A stretch of 20,000 nucleotides of DNA from an uncultured virus (IMG/VR IMGVR_UViG_3300038428_000220) (Duplodnaviria; Heunggongvirae; Uroviricota; Caudoviricetes): the IMG/VR virus record IMGVR_UViG_3300038428_000220. One strand, 5' to 3'. A program made the translations under genes and the position numbers. The notes beneath the pieces are model-generated. The model did not search any database. It was not told the DNA's origin and saw only the letters and a list, made by a program, of their open reading frames with translations. Below, in pieces: positions 7,281 to 15,535 of this stretch (the stretch's first letter is position 1; every line of letters starts with the position of its first letter).

Positions 7281-7504
7281 GGTCTAATAATTCCCCCCAA
7301 CAGTCTGGCGTCCAGCCGCTTGGCGCTGACCGGCACACCGATTCGCGTCTCGATCAGATTGGCCAGCCGGCACGGTATGCCGTCGGCCCAGCCCAGATAG
7401 TTTATCAGCGGCACGCCCAGCTCGTGCGCGGCCTCGGCCGGCGTGTAGCGATTGCGCTTTTGCCAGGCCTGCAGCTGCAGGGCGATGTTGCGGGGTGCTG
7501 CCAT
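7277..7504 (-). CDS. XRE-like HTH protein
   Basis: 'LQAWQKRNRYTPAEAAHELGVPLINYLGW' HTH pattern. Confidence 0.65.
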   Translation of the reverse strand: MAAPRNIALQLQAWQKRNRYTPAEAAHELGVPLINYLGWADGIPCRLANLIETRIGVPVSAKRLDARLLGGIIRP

Positions 7505-7507
7505 TGG

Positions 7508-7696
7508 TCAGCCCGTCAGCTTGTCCAGCAGAATCTTGTGCGCCAGCTGCGCGGCGCGGAATCCGCTTTCAAATCTCGTGATTGCAACATTGGTGTCGGC
7601 TTCCGTGACGATGCCGCTGCAGAGGACGCCAAACAGCAGCGACACATGCGCGTTGAATGCGTCGTCCAGCGCTTTGGTGATCTGCTCTTTGGTCAT
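7508..7696 (-). CDS. Hypothetical protein (62 aa)
   Basis: MTKEQITKALDDAFNAHV...; GGGAG SD before ATG 7696. Confidence 0.6.
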   Translation of the reverse strand: MTKEQITKALDDAFNAHVSLLFGVLCSGIVTEADTNVAITRFESGFRAAQLAHKILLDKLTG

Positions 7697-7824
7697 GCGT
7701 AAAATCTCCCCCACACCGGTTTGCTGCGCAGCGGCCAGCGTAGCCACGGGATTCGCGCCGACGACAGCACACAGCCGAGCATCAGCGCGCGGCGGTGGCG
7801 GCGCAAGGTCGGCTCCAGCGTCAT
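7693..7824 (-). CDS. Small basic hypothetical peptide (43 aa)
   Basis: MTLEPTLRRHRRALMLGCVLSSARIPWLRWPLRSKPVWGRFYA; ATGA overlaps at both ends exactly fill the gap. Confidence 0.4.
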   Translation of the reverse strand: MTLEPTLRRHRRALMLGCVLSSARIPWLRWPLRSKPVWGRFYA

Positions 7825-8282
7825 GCGTCACCAGCTGGGTCGGGTGCGCGCTGCCGGACTGGCATCCAGACTATGCTGGCAACGGTCGACACGCTGGCGT
7901 GCCCGCTCGTTGCCCTGATTGTTAGACCATGCAGGAATCCACCGTCCATCATGAACGACCCCATAATAGCTGCTGGGGCCTGGTAGATCGCCCGACCATT
8001 GCGTGTATCGTAAGCAATGCGTCGTTGCTTATGTTCGTCGATCTGCGCCTGCGTCGAGCCAGGCCGCAGGGGCGCAGGTTCTTCCATATTGTCGCCGGGG
8101 AAGTGGCCGCCCACGTCAGGGATTCCATCAAAGGCTTCAAGCGCACCGGCGCCAGCGTGTGTGCATGCGATGGTGCGCAAAATGCCGGGTCCTTCCTCAA
8201 GGATAAAAGTGCCCTTGCGGTCGAGAAGCCATATTTTGCCGCCCAGCGGCGGCAGATCGACGCGGATTCTAACTGGCTTCAT
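7821..8282 (-). CDS. Hypothetical protein (paralog of 4549-4872)
   Basis: Starts MKPVRIRVDL at the ATGA overlap with the portal stop. Confidence 0.7.
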   Translation of the reverse strand: MKPVRIRVDLPPLGGKIWLLDRKGTFILEEGPGILRTIACTHAGAGALEAFDGIPDVGGHFPGDNMEEPAPLRPGSTQAQIDEHKQRRIAYDTRNGRAIYQAPAAIMGSFMMDGGFLHGLTIRATSGHASVSTVASIVWMPVRQRAPDPAGDA

Positions 8283-9994
8283 GCGTTCACCGTCGTGCGC
8301 GGCCCTATGTTCATGCCGCCTACCTGCGCGGGACCGGCCGCCGGGCTGGCCGACTCGGGCTGGTCGGCCGGCGTGCCGGGCTCCACCGGCACGTCGACTG
8401 ACGTCGGCTGCGGCGCCATTGGCGTGGCCTCGTCGGGCTCCGTCGGGCTGTCGTCGACCGCGTCCTGTTCTTCGCCGGCGTCCTCCATGTCGATCATGGA
8501 CAAATCCAGCACCTGCGCGATGTAGGCCTTGGCTTCCTCGAACGTAATAAGCTGTTCTTCCGGCTTTGGCTCGGTCGCCGGCACGGCGTCGACATGCGCG
8601 CCCTGCGCGCTGGCCGGCCTGCTGCCTGGTTGCGCTGGCGCGGTCTTTTTCATCGGATCCAACATGATTTGGAACGCTTGGGCGAGCGAGAACACCTCGT
8701 CGGGCGTCGGCTGGAACATGCGCGGCCACTGCAGCGTGAAGCCGCCGGCGTCCTTGTCGATCTTGGACGCAATCGCTATCTTTTTGATCAGCGGCAGCGC
8801 ACCATGCTCGCCGTACTGGCTGCGCAGGTCGCCCACCATGTCGTCGCTGTCCTGGTCGAGGTACTCCATGGCGCGCCCAGACAGCGGGGCTTTCATTTTG
8901 TCGGGGTCTTTACGGCTGGCCGCGATCTGCTCGAGCGCCATGTTGCGCAGGTGGTCGATCAGCTTGAGCGCCGCCTCGGTGCCGGTGCCGGACATTTCCA
9001 GCAGCTTGGCGTCGCCGACGCCGACCATGCTGCCGTCCTCGTCCTTGTAACCGGCTTCCATTTCCAGGTGCGTCATGGGCCCGCGCGTCACGGCGCCGTT
9101 CATCACCTTGCCGATCGTCACCAACTGCGGCGCGCTGTTGTAGCGCGTGCCGCGACCGATTTGGCTCAACGTGTAGTCGAGCTCGACGCTGTTGGGGATT
9201 GCGTCTTCGAACGTGCAGCAGCCGTCGGGCGCCAGGCCGCCGCCCAGATTGACAAACCAATGCGCGCACACAAAGCCCAGGTCGTGCTTGTATTCCTCGC
9301 CGGCCCACGGCTCTAACTTTTTGTTGGCCGCGCCCTCGCCGACAAAGCCGTGCACGGGATTCCATTCGACCTTCTTGACCGGCTGATACGTCACCTCGCC
9401 GGTCGGCAGCCAGTCGCGGATATACCAATACTCTTGGCCCTTCTCGACGCCAGGCGCCCCCATGGCTTCAAGCGCTGCCCCGCTGGTCGTGTAGGCAACG
9501 CGCAGCTGCGCCAGCTCCCCCATGTCGTCAAAGCTGGGTTGGCAGTATTTGGCGCGCCAGCATTGCAACGCCACCTTGGGGTTTTTGCCGCCTGTGGTTT
9601 CGACGCGAAACGTGACGGCCACGGCGCCGACGCTGCCCAGCAGCACGGCTTCTGCCATGCGTTCAAAAAACTTGCCCTTGCGCAGCAGCGCCGCCATGGA
9701 CGCAATCTTGGCCTTGTCCTTGTGGCGCACCTTGGGCGCGTGCCGGCCGGTGAACAGCTTGCGGGTGCACCAGCGCGCGACCATGCGCGGCAGCCGGTAC
9801 TGCGCCGACGGTCGGCGCTCGGTCAGCGGTATCAGCTCCTGCGTGCCTGGCTTGACCTCGTCGTAAAACGCATAGTTCAAATGATTGTAAAAGGTGCCGT
9901 CGAGCAGGCGGTCGCGCAGGTCAAGGCAGCGATAGCGCGAGTCCTCGCTGGCCCAGTCGGGGTATCGGATCGCCTGCGCGATTTTGCGGAACAT
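8279..9994 (-). CDS. Portal protein (SPP1 gp6-like) with acidic/Pro-rich C-terminal tail
   Basis: 571 aa downstream of terL; 'ELDYTLSQIGRGTRYNSAPQLV', 'LSGRAMEYL', 'LQWP' pattern of SPP1-type portals. Confidence 0.8.
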   Translation of the reverse strand: MFRKIAQAIRYPDWASEDSRYRCLDLRDRLLDGTFYNHLNYAFYDEVKPGTQELIPLTERRPSAQYRLPRMVARWCTRKLFTGRHAPKVRHKDKAKIASMAALLRKGKFFERMAEAVLLGSVGAVAVTFRVETTGGKNPKVALQCWRAKYCQPSFDDMGELAQLRVAYTTSGAALEAMGAPGVEKGQEYWYIRDWLPTGEVTYQPVKKVEWNPVHGFVGEGAANKKLEPWAGEEYKHDLGFVCAHWFVNLGGGLAPDGCCTFEDAIPNSVELDYTLSQIGRGTRYNSAPQLVTIGKVMNGAVTRGPMTHLEMEAGYKDEDGSMVGVGDAKLLEMSGTGTEAALKLIDHLRNMALEQIAASRKDPDKMKAPLSGRAMEYLDQDSDDMVGDLRSQYGEHGALPLIKKIAIASKIDKDAGGFTLQWPRMFQPTPDEVFSLAQAFQIMLDPMKKTAPAQPGSRPASAQGAHVDAVPATEPKPEEQLITFEEAKAYIAQVLDLSMIDMEDAGEEQDAVDDSPTEPDEATPMAPQPTSVDVPVEPGTPADQPESASPAAGPAQVGGMNIGPRTTVNA

Positions 9995-10300
9995 TCAGGC
10001 CCCCTGCGGCGGTGGTGACGCGTCGACCTCGTCGCGCATGTTGACCGACGTGGCGAAACGATTCTGCAGATAGCTGATTCCGGCCATCAGCAGGTGCACT
10101 GTGCCGCTGTCGTCTTCCCAGCCGTCGCACAGCCAGCCGCCCGGCTTGACGAATGTGAACGCGATTGCGCGTATTTGACCGGCCTTAGCGCGCTCAAGCA
10201 GCTGCTCCAGCTTAGCGATCACATTGGCCTGCGGCTGCAGGTCGACAGCAACCTGCGGGTTGGCGACGCCGGGGAAGGTGCGCACGTTGTCGGTCGTCAT
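9995..10300 (-). CDS. Hypothetical phage protein
   Basis: MTTDNVRTFPGV...IAKLEQLLERAKAGQIRAIAF; ATGA-coupled start. Confidence 0.7.
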   Translation of the reverse strand: MTTDNVRTFPGVANPQVAVDLQPQANVIAKLEQLLERAKAGQIRAIAFTFVKPGGWLCDGWEDDSGTVHLLMAGISYLQNRFATSVNMRDEVDASPPPQGA

Positions 10301-10512
10301 GCCGCGGCCTCGTCCACCCAGGCAAAGTCGATCGCGCCGCCCGGCAGTCGCACCATATAGCAATTCGCTGGATATGAACGACGTACGCTGACGACGGCCG
10401 CCACGCAGGGGTCCTTGCCTTCCTGCACGCGCTTGTGCAGGAGTGCCAGCACCGCGGCATCAATCACAGCGTCGCTGTGGCGCATCGTTTGTTTGGTCAC
10501 AATTATGGTCAT
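10297..10512 (-). CDS. Hypothetical protein
   Basis: MTIIVTKQTMR...; GAGG SD; ATGA overlaps at both ends. Confidence 0.6.
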   Translation of the reverse strand: MTIIVTKQTMRHSDAVIDAAVLALLHKRVQEGKDPCVAAVVSVRRSYPANCYMVRLPGGAIDFAWVDEAAA

Positions 10513-10736
10513 GCCGCGACCTCGTCGGCCGGCGTGTCCAGCGTAAAGCGCCGCTCGTTGACCGTGTCCTGCTTGCCGGTATCCTCGTAGCGCACCAGCC
10601 AGCTGCCGGCGCCGTATTGCGGCTGCGGCAGCTGCACCGTCGCCAGGCGGTGACCGCCGGCGGGTCGCCAGCCAGCGTCGCACGCGACCTCGACGACGTC
10701 GCCAGCTTGGTATGGTCGCGGCTGTCGCATGGACAC
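10509..10736 (-). CDS. Small SH3/Tudor-like hypothetical protein
   Basis: 'YQAGDVVEV...WLVRYEDTGKQDTV' beta-barrel pattern. Confidence 0.55.
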   Translation of the reverse strand: MSMRQPRPYQAGDVVEVACDAGWRPAGGHRLATVQLPQPQYGAGSWLVRYEDTGKQDTVNERRFTLDTPADEVAA

Positions 10737-10800
10737 CGTTGGAATCAGCGCAGCGGTCGGCTGCGCGTTTATGAGCCAGCGCGCGCGTCGGCGTCAAGCG

Positions 10801-11070
10801 TCAGCCGGTGATCCCCATGGCGCGCTCGATCGCCTTGCGTTTGATCCACCGCCACAGCCGGTCGGCGGCCACGCCGTTGTCGTTTAACCGATATCGCCGC
10901 CACCGCTTGGCCTGCCGACCGTACACCCGCCGGTGCATCAGGTCGACCAGGCGCCAATGGTCGCCGCACAGCCATTCGTCGAATTCGGTGCGCGCGGTCG
11001 TGTGCCGGCAAAACGGCACGCAACAGTGCAGGCGGCCGGCGCGATTCCGCTTTTTGCCGTCCTGGGTCAA
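10801..11070 (-). CDS. Putative Zn-binding phage protein
   Basis: CCVPFC...WLCGDHW motif; AGGGGG SD. Confidence 0.65.
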   Translation of the reverse strand: MTQDGKKRNRAGRLHCCVPFCRHTTARTEFDEWLCGDHWRLVDLMHRRVYGRQAKRWRRYRLNDNGVAADRLWRWIKRKAIERAMGITG

Positions 11071-11217
11071 GTAGATTCCCCCTGCTTGCGCCAGCCAGGG
11101 TAAACGGTTGCTTAACTAACGCACCTGCTGCCTGGCGGCGTCGATAGGCGGTCGGCCGACCTTGCGCGGCTTAGGAGACAATGTCACTTGGACGTCTGTC
11201 ATTTGTCACCTGGATTG

Positions 11218-13827
11218 TCACCTTGCGAAGATCGGCAGCACCTGGGCGCCGCCGGACTGCGGCTGCGTGCGCTTTTTCTTCTGCAGCCTGGCGTAGCCGC
11301 CCGTCATGGCGTCGGTCTGGTCCTTGAACTTGCTGCCGGGGAAGTTTGTCACTTCCTCCAAAAACGTGTCGTTCCACGGCCCGACGACAATCTCGACGTT
11401 ACCATTTTCGGCCTGCGCCGCCATGGGCTCCGCGCGGTCGATCTTGCTGCCCGTCTCAATCAGCTTATGCGCGTCAAAGCCGTCCAGCATGCTGACCATG
11501 TCTCGCGCCACCGTATTGTGCACGACGATATCGCGCACTAGAAACGACGCCTGTCCGCGTACCGTCAGGCAGCGGCACGGTCGGACGCCAGCCGGCGTCA
11601 CGGACATGACCTGATCCGGCAAATAGTCCTCGTCGAAACGGCGATAGATCGACGCGTTGGCCAGCGACGCCAGTCGGGCGGCCTTGAACGAGTGGTGCAC
11701 CGGAATTCGCTTCAAAAACCGGCCATAGGCGTCGTCCTGCTGGCGCATGCGCAACAGCCAGCTACGGTGGCGTTTCTCCAGATATTTGCCATTCTTGGTC
11801 TTTAGCGTCGAATTGATGCCAAGCCGCAGCAGCAGGTGCTGCACATCCTCAAGCAACGCCTTGCTGACGCTGTAGAATATGACCTCGTGCGCGTCTTTCG
11901 ATACGAATCCGTCACAGGCGAAATAGGCCCCAAGGAATTCAGCCACCAACGGGCTGGGGGCGCCAAACACCCATGCTGGCACACGTTTGGTATAGGCATT
12001 GTGCCCGGCCAGTCCGGTATCACGCAGCCATGACTGCAAGCCCGCTGCGTTGATCTCGCCGCGCCGGTAACCATTGCTGGTGCGGCCACCAACGGATTGC
12101 ACGCAATGCCGGAAGTCCAGCAGCTCAACATGGTCGTGACAACAGAACGACGATTTGCTGCTTTGCACCTTGCGTTCCGGTCGTCGGATGCTTGTCACCG
12201 ATCCATCGCCAATAAAATAGCCAGCAAGCCGGAACTCTTCCGCCGAACGATCAGCGATCGCCGCTATGCGCGGAGTACTGCGGAGCGCGACAACGCTGCC
12301 TGGGCGCAGGGCGCCGGCAGCCACCCAATCGTCTGGCGTGAGAAACGGGTGGTCAAGCGCCGCCACGACTTCGCGCCCGGATCCTGTCTTAATGCACACC
12401 GTCGGCAAGTCGCCCTGTTGAAACACAGCGTCGACCATCCCAGGCACACCATCCTTGCCTATGACGGTGTCACCAACAATGATTTCCTTAAGCGGCACCT
12501 GTTGGCCATCGCCGCGCAAGATCAATTCTTCCTCCCAGATTGGCTTGCCGGCGCTGCCAGGGTCTTGCGGCACCTGCACCTCGTAGCTACCGCCCAGCTG
12601 GGCAATGCGTATCTGGTCGGCCAGCGCCGTCGCCTTGACCAGCCGGCGCACCAGGGGCGCCTGCTCGCGACAGCGCTGCACGTCGGCAATGCAGTATTGC
12701 GACAATGTCGGGTGCTTGCCCAGCAGCACGCCGGCGGTGTAGGGCGGGTCGGCCGTATAAGTCGCCTCGGTGTCCGCCAGGTCCCAGTGCCGCACCCAGC
12801 GATAGCCCAGCGGCATGGCTGGCCTGGGCTTGAACCAGGCGCGCTTGAACATGCCGCCTTCGCGCGGCACCGGAGTCTGTTGGTGTTGCCCAGAAACTGC
12901 GTATGCGGTCATCTCGCGTTCAAGTGCATCCACGGTAGCTAACGGGAATCGTTCAGGAAATAGCAATTCCCCCTCTTGCCGGCGCGGGTCAGTGAATATC
13001 GGCGTCGTGCAGTGCCGGCCTTGCTCGTACCGCATGGGCAGCACCAGGGCTATGTGCTGCACCCCGATTTGCTCCCACACCCCGCTGGGGTCATCCTGAT
13101 GCACCCGCTGCATAATCAGCGCGATGGCCGACGCCACCGGGTCATTAAGACGAGTTGGCACCGATTCCCGCATGATGAACTTAGCCTGCTCGCGATCGGC
13201 GTCCGACTTGGACTGCGGCACCGACAGCGGGTCGTCGATCGTCAGCACGTCGCCGCGGCCGCCGGTCAGCCCCTCGAACGCCACGCCCTCGCGTGTGCCC
13301 TTGCTCGAATTCTCAAACGACGTTTCGGCCACGCGTGTCAGCTTCACATGCGGCCAAAGCGTCTGATACCAGTCCGAAAGGATCAAATCGCGGGTCTTGC
13401 GCGTGTCGCGCTTGACGTAATCCGCCGAATAGCTGGTCGACAGGAAACGCCGGTGTGCCAGATTGCACGGTCCCCATTGCCAGGCGTTCCATAAAACACT
13501 GACAATCAATGATTTCCCGACGCCTGGCGGCACATTGAAGCGCACCTTGTTCGGCAGCCCCATGGCCAGGAAACGACCCCAGGTCAGAGCCTCAAGGTGA
13601 TCGCATATCGCACGCACCACCCAGCCCTCGACAAACTGCGTCCTGGGCTCAAGGACGTGCCAGGCCTCGCGCACAAAGCCGATTAAGGTCTGGCAGCGCG
13701 CGCGGATAGCATCCGCGTTCGCCTGCGTGTCTGCCCGCTCGCGCTCAGTGGCTCGTTGGTGCTTTGCCTGCTGGATCGCCTGCAGCAGTTGGGTCGGCGA
13801 GATTCGCGACAACACTGAGAGCGCCAA
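11218..13827 (-). CDS. terL: Terminase large subunit, intein-containing (start uncertain; ORF open to 13893)
   Basis: Walker A VPPGVGKS; GGRGDVLTIDDP (Walker B); IMQRVHQDD; nuclease motifs WDLA and FPGSKFKDQTDA. Confidence 0.92.
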   Translation of the reverse strand: MALSVLSRISPTQLLQAIQQAKHQRATERERADTQANADAIRARCQTLIGFVREAWHVLEPRTQFVEGWVVRAICDHLEALTWGRFLAMGLPNKVRFNVPPGVGKSLIVSVLWNAWQWGPCNLAHRRFLSTSYSADYVKRDTRKTRDLILSDWYQTLWPHVKLTRVAETSFENSSKGTREGVAFEGLTGGRGDVLTIDDPLSVPQSKSDADREQAKFIMRESVPTRLNDPVASAIALIMQRVHQDDPSGVWEQIGVQHIALVLPMRYEQGRHCTTPIFTDPRRQEGELLFPERFPLATVDALEREMTAYAVSGQHQQTPVPREGGMFKRAWFKPRPAMPLGYRWVRHWDLADTEATYTADPPYTAGVLLGKHPTLSQYCIADVQRCREQAPLVRRLVKATALADQIRIAQLGGSYEVQVPQDPGSAGKPIWEEELILRGDGQQVPLKEIIVGDTVIGKDGVPGMVDAVFQQGDLPTVCIKTGSGREVVAALDHPFLTPDDWVAAGALRPGSVVALRSTPRIAAIADRSAEEFRLAGYFIGDGSVTSIRRPERKVQSSKSSFCCHDHVELLDFRHCVQSVGGRTSNGYRRGEINAAGLQSWLRDTGLAGHNAYTKRVPAWVFGAPSPLVAEFLGAYFACDGFVSKDAHEVIFYSVSKALLEDVQHLLLRLGINSTLKTKNGKYLEKRHRSWLLRMRQQDDAYGRFLKRIPVHHSFKAARLASLANASIYRRFDEDYLPDQVMSVTPAGVRPCRCLTVRGQASFLVRDIVVHNTVARDMVSMLDGFDAHKLIETGSKIDRAEPMAAQAENGNVEIVVGPWNDTFLEEVTNFPGSKFKDQTDAMTGGYARLQKKKRTQPQSGGAQVLPIFAR
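11515..12543 (-). mobile_element. Intein (343 aa) with LAGLIDADG homing endonuclease, in TerL
   Basis: AGK|PIWEEELILRGDG...; block B ALDHPF; LAGYFIGDGS and FLGAYFACDG; block F CRCLTV; ends VVHN|T. Confidence 0.9.
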
Positions 13828-14251
13828 GGACTCGCTCGAATTGCTCAATATCGCCCTCCGGTAGTTTGCCCAAGATGGCCGCCAGTGCCGCAATGTCCAG
13901 CGGACTACCGTCCGGATTGGTGTGCGCCACGCCGGTCAGCCGGCGGTGGCAATACATCGCGGCATCGCGCGCGGCCATGCGGGCATACGATAGCTCATTC
14001 CTGACCAATTCGCGGTCCAGCGGCCGACCGCCTTCCCTGCCCTCGTCAGCCTTGGCGCGCGCCTGCTCGCGTCCGGCTTCGTCCATGTGGTATCTGGCGA
14101 TCGACAGCAGCATGTCGGCCGGGCTGGCACCGGCATGCAACGTCTTTATTTCGGCCGCCACCGCGCTGGCGCTGCTCGCAACGCCTGGAATGGCCAATTT
14201 ATCGGCTTTTGGCTTCCGCCCGGCACCTGGTCGCCATCCACCTCGTGGCAT
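13745..14251 (-). CDS. terS: Terminase small subunit
   Basis: N-terminus MPRGGWRPGAGRKPK; 'AARDAAMYCHRRL...NPDGSP'; directly upstream of terL. Confidence 0.75.
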   Translation of the reverse strand: MPRGGWRPGAGRKPKADKLAIPGVASSASAVAAEIKTLHAGASPADMLLSIARYHMDEAGREQARAKADEGREGGRPLDRELVRNELSYARMAARDAAMYCHRRLTGVAHTNPDGSPLDIAALAAILGKLPEGDIEQFERVLGALSVVANLADPTAAGDPAGKAPTSH

Positions 14252-14433
14252 GTTTTTGAATTAGCCCTGCAATCAATCTGGAATCGGTCGGGGGCGATAT
14301 TGAGCCCGTGCGGATCATAAGGCAGCTTTGCGCGCCAATGCAAATGGTGCTGCAATTAACGGGTTTGCACGTTGCGCTGGGTGGCGCGCGGAGCCATGTT
14401 TGATTTGATCGAGAATCAAAAGAGCCGCCGGCG

Positions 14434-14660
14434 ATGCTCGTTTACAAAATCACCAACATGCTGACCGGTGCCGAGTACGTCGGGCTGACGTGCCGCAGAT
14501 TGCTGACAAGGTGGAGCGATCACAAGGCGAAGGCGCGTGCCGGAACAAAAACGCCGCTATACAACGCAATGCGTAAATATGGTTTTGCTGCATTTTCGAT
14601 CGAGGCAGTTGCGTCTGCCAAGTCCTACGATGCGCTAAAAGCCGCCGAGGTGGCGATCAT
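14434..14660 (+). pseudogene. GIY-YIG endonuclease, truncated by IS insertion
   Basis: LVYKITN...EYVGLT...RWSDH...LYNAMRKYG...E; the frame runs into the IS left end at 14661. Confidence 0.8.
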
Positions 14661-14869
14661 CGTGACCTCGGGCGGAAACCTCGCCGTTCACGGCGGGGAG
14701 GAAGCCCGTTGAGCTTCCACGTATCGCTTGACCCTCTCAAGCGGAGCGCCACCGGCACTGGCGGCAAAGTAGGATGGCGACCAAAGAACACTGCGCCAAT
14801 AGCGAGCAGCAATATCCCGGCGCTCAAGTCTGAGCAGTCGGGACGAGGTACCCTTGAGGGCATTAACCA
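14661..14869. mobile_element. IS605 remnant (left end plus 3' part of tnpA)
   Basis: 209 bp matching 5493-5701, with 11 differences by manual count (~95% identity). Confidence 0.9.
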
Positions 14870-14908
14870 TGCTTATCCGGTTTAGACACACAGCCCTAGA
14901 TGTAGTGG

Positions 14909-15535
14909 TCACGGGAATACCAGCGTTTTGCCATTCCATGCGCAGTCAGGAATGTTCAATTTGATGTAAGCCAAAATGTCGGCGTCCAGCGTGGCGCGCT
15001 TGGCCTTGTAGTCGGCGTACAGCGTGGCGCGCTTGGCCTCGTAGTCGGCGTACAGCGGGGCGTGCTTGGCCTTGTAGTCGGCGTACAGCGGGGCGTGCTT
15101 GGCCTTGTAGTCGGCGTCCAGCGTGGCGCGCTTGGCCTTGTAGTCGGCGTACAGCGTGGCGCGCTTGGCCTTGTAGTCGGCGTCCAGCGGGGCGTGCTTG
15201 GCCTCGTAGTCGGCGTCCAGCGTGGCGCGCTTGGCCTTGTAGTCGGCGTACAGCGTGGCGCGCTTGGCCTCGTAGTCGGCGTACAGCGTGGCGTGCTTGG
15301 CCATCGCCTCACAACCGCCCAGATAGATCATGTTGTGTAAGCGGATAGCCACTTCGTTCTTCGGCTTTTTACGCTTCACATAATCAATGCGTTCATTCAC
15401 ATCGTGTGACTCTTCGCACAACTGTTCATGGTGCAGAAAACCAAACCAGCCTTTCGTCGGGCCAGTGTAATTGTAGCGACCTGGAAACAATGTATTCTCG
15501 ATCTTCTTGCGGCGCGGATGATTAACCATTTTCAA
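14909..15535 (-). CDS. Hypothetical protein with 11-aa helical tandem repeats (start may be ATG 15529)
   Basis: AGAGGA SD; unique N-terminal domain, ~10 x AK[RH]A[TP]L[YD]ADY[KE], C-terminus IPDCAWNGKTLVFP. Confidence 0.75.
   Translation of the reverse strand: MKMVNHPRRKKIENTLFPGRYNYTGPTKGWFGFLHHEQLCEESHDVNERIDYVKRKKPKNEVAIRLHNMIYLGGCEAMAKHATLYADYEAKRATLYADYKAKRATLDADYEAKHAPLDADYKAKRATLYADYKAKRATLDADYKAKHAPLYADYKAKHAPLYADYEAKRATLYADYKAKRATLDADILAYIKLNIPDCAWNGKTLVFP
14978..15301 (-). repeat. 33-bp coding tandem repeat, ~9.8 copies
   Basis: Head-to-tail units with no spacers, in frame with the CDS. Confidence 0.95.

Noticed and set aside
7062..10512. Many proteins ending in Ala-Ala as ClpXP degrons
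   Set aside because: Largely explained by an embedded SD plus GC spacer plus ATGA coupling (GAGG..GC ATGA). Only the ANDN-like tail at 1727 was kept.
14399..14421. TTTGATT...AATCAAA inverted repeat upstream of GIY-YIG
   Set aside because: Single short occurrence; no function can be assigned.
14978..15301. CRISPR array
   Set aside because: 33-bp units are contiguous with no unique spacers and are in frame within a CDS; no cas genes.
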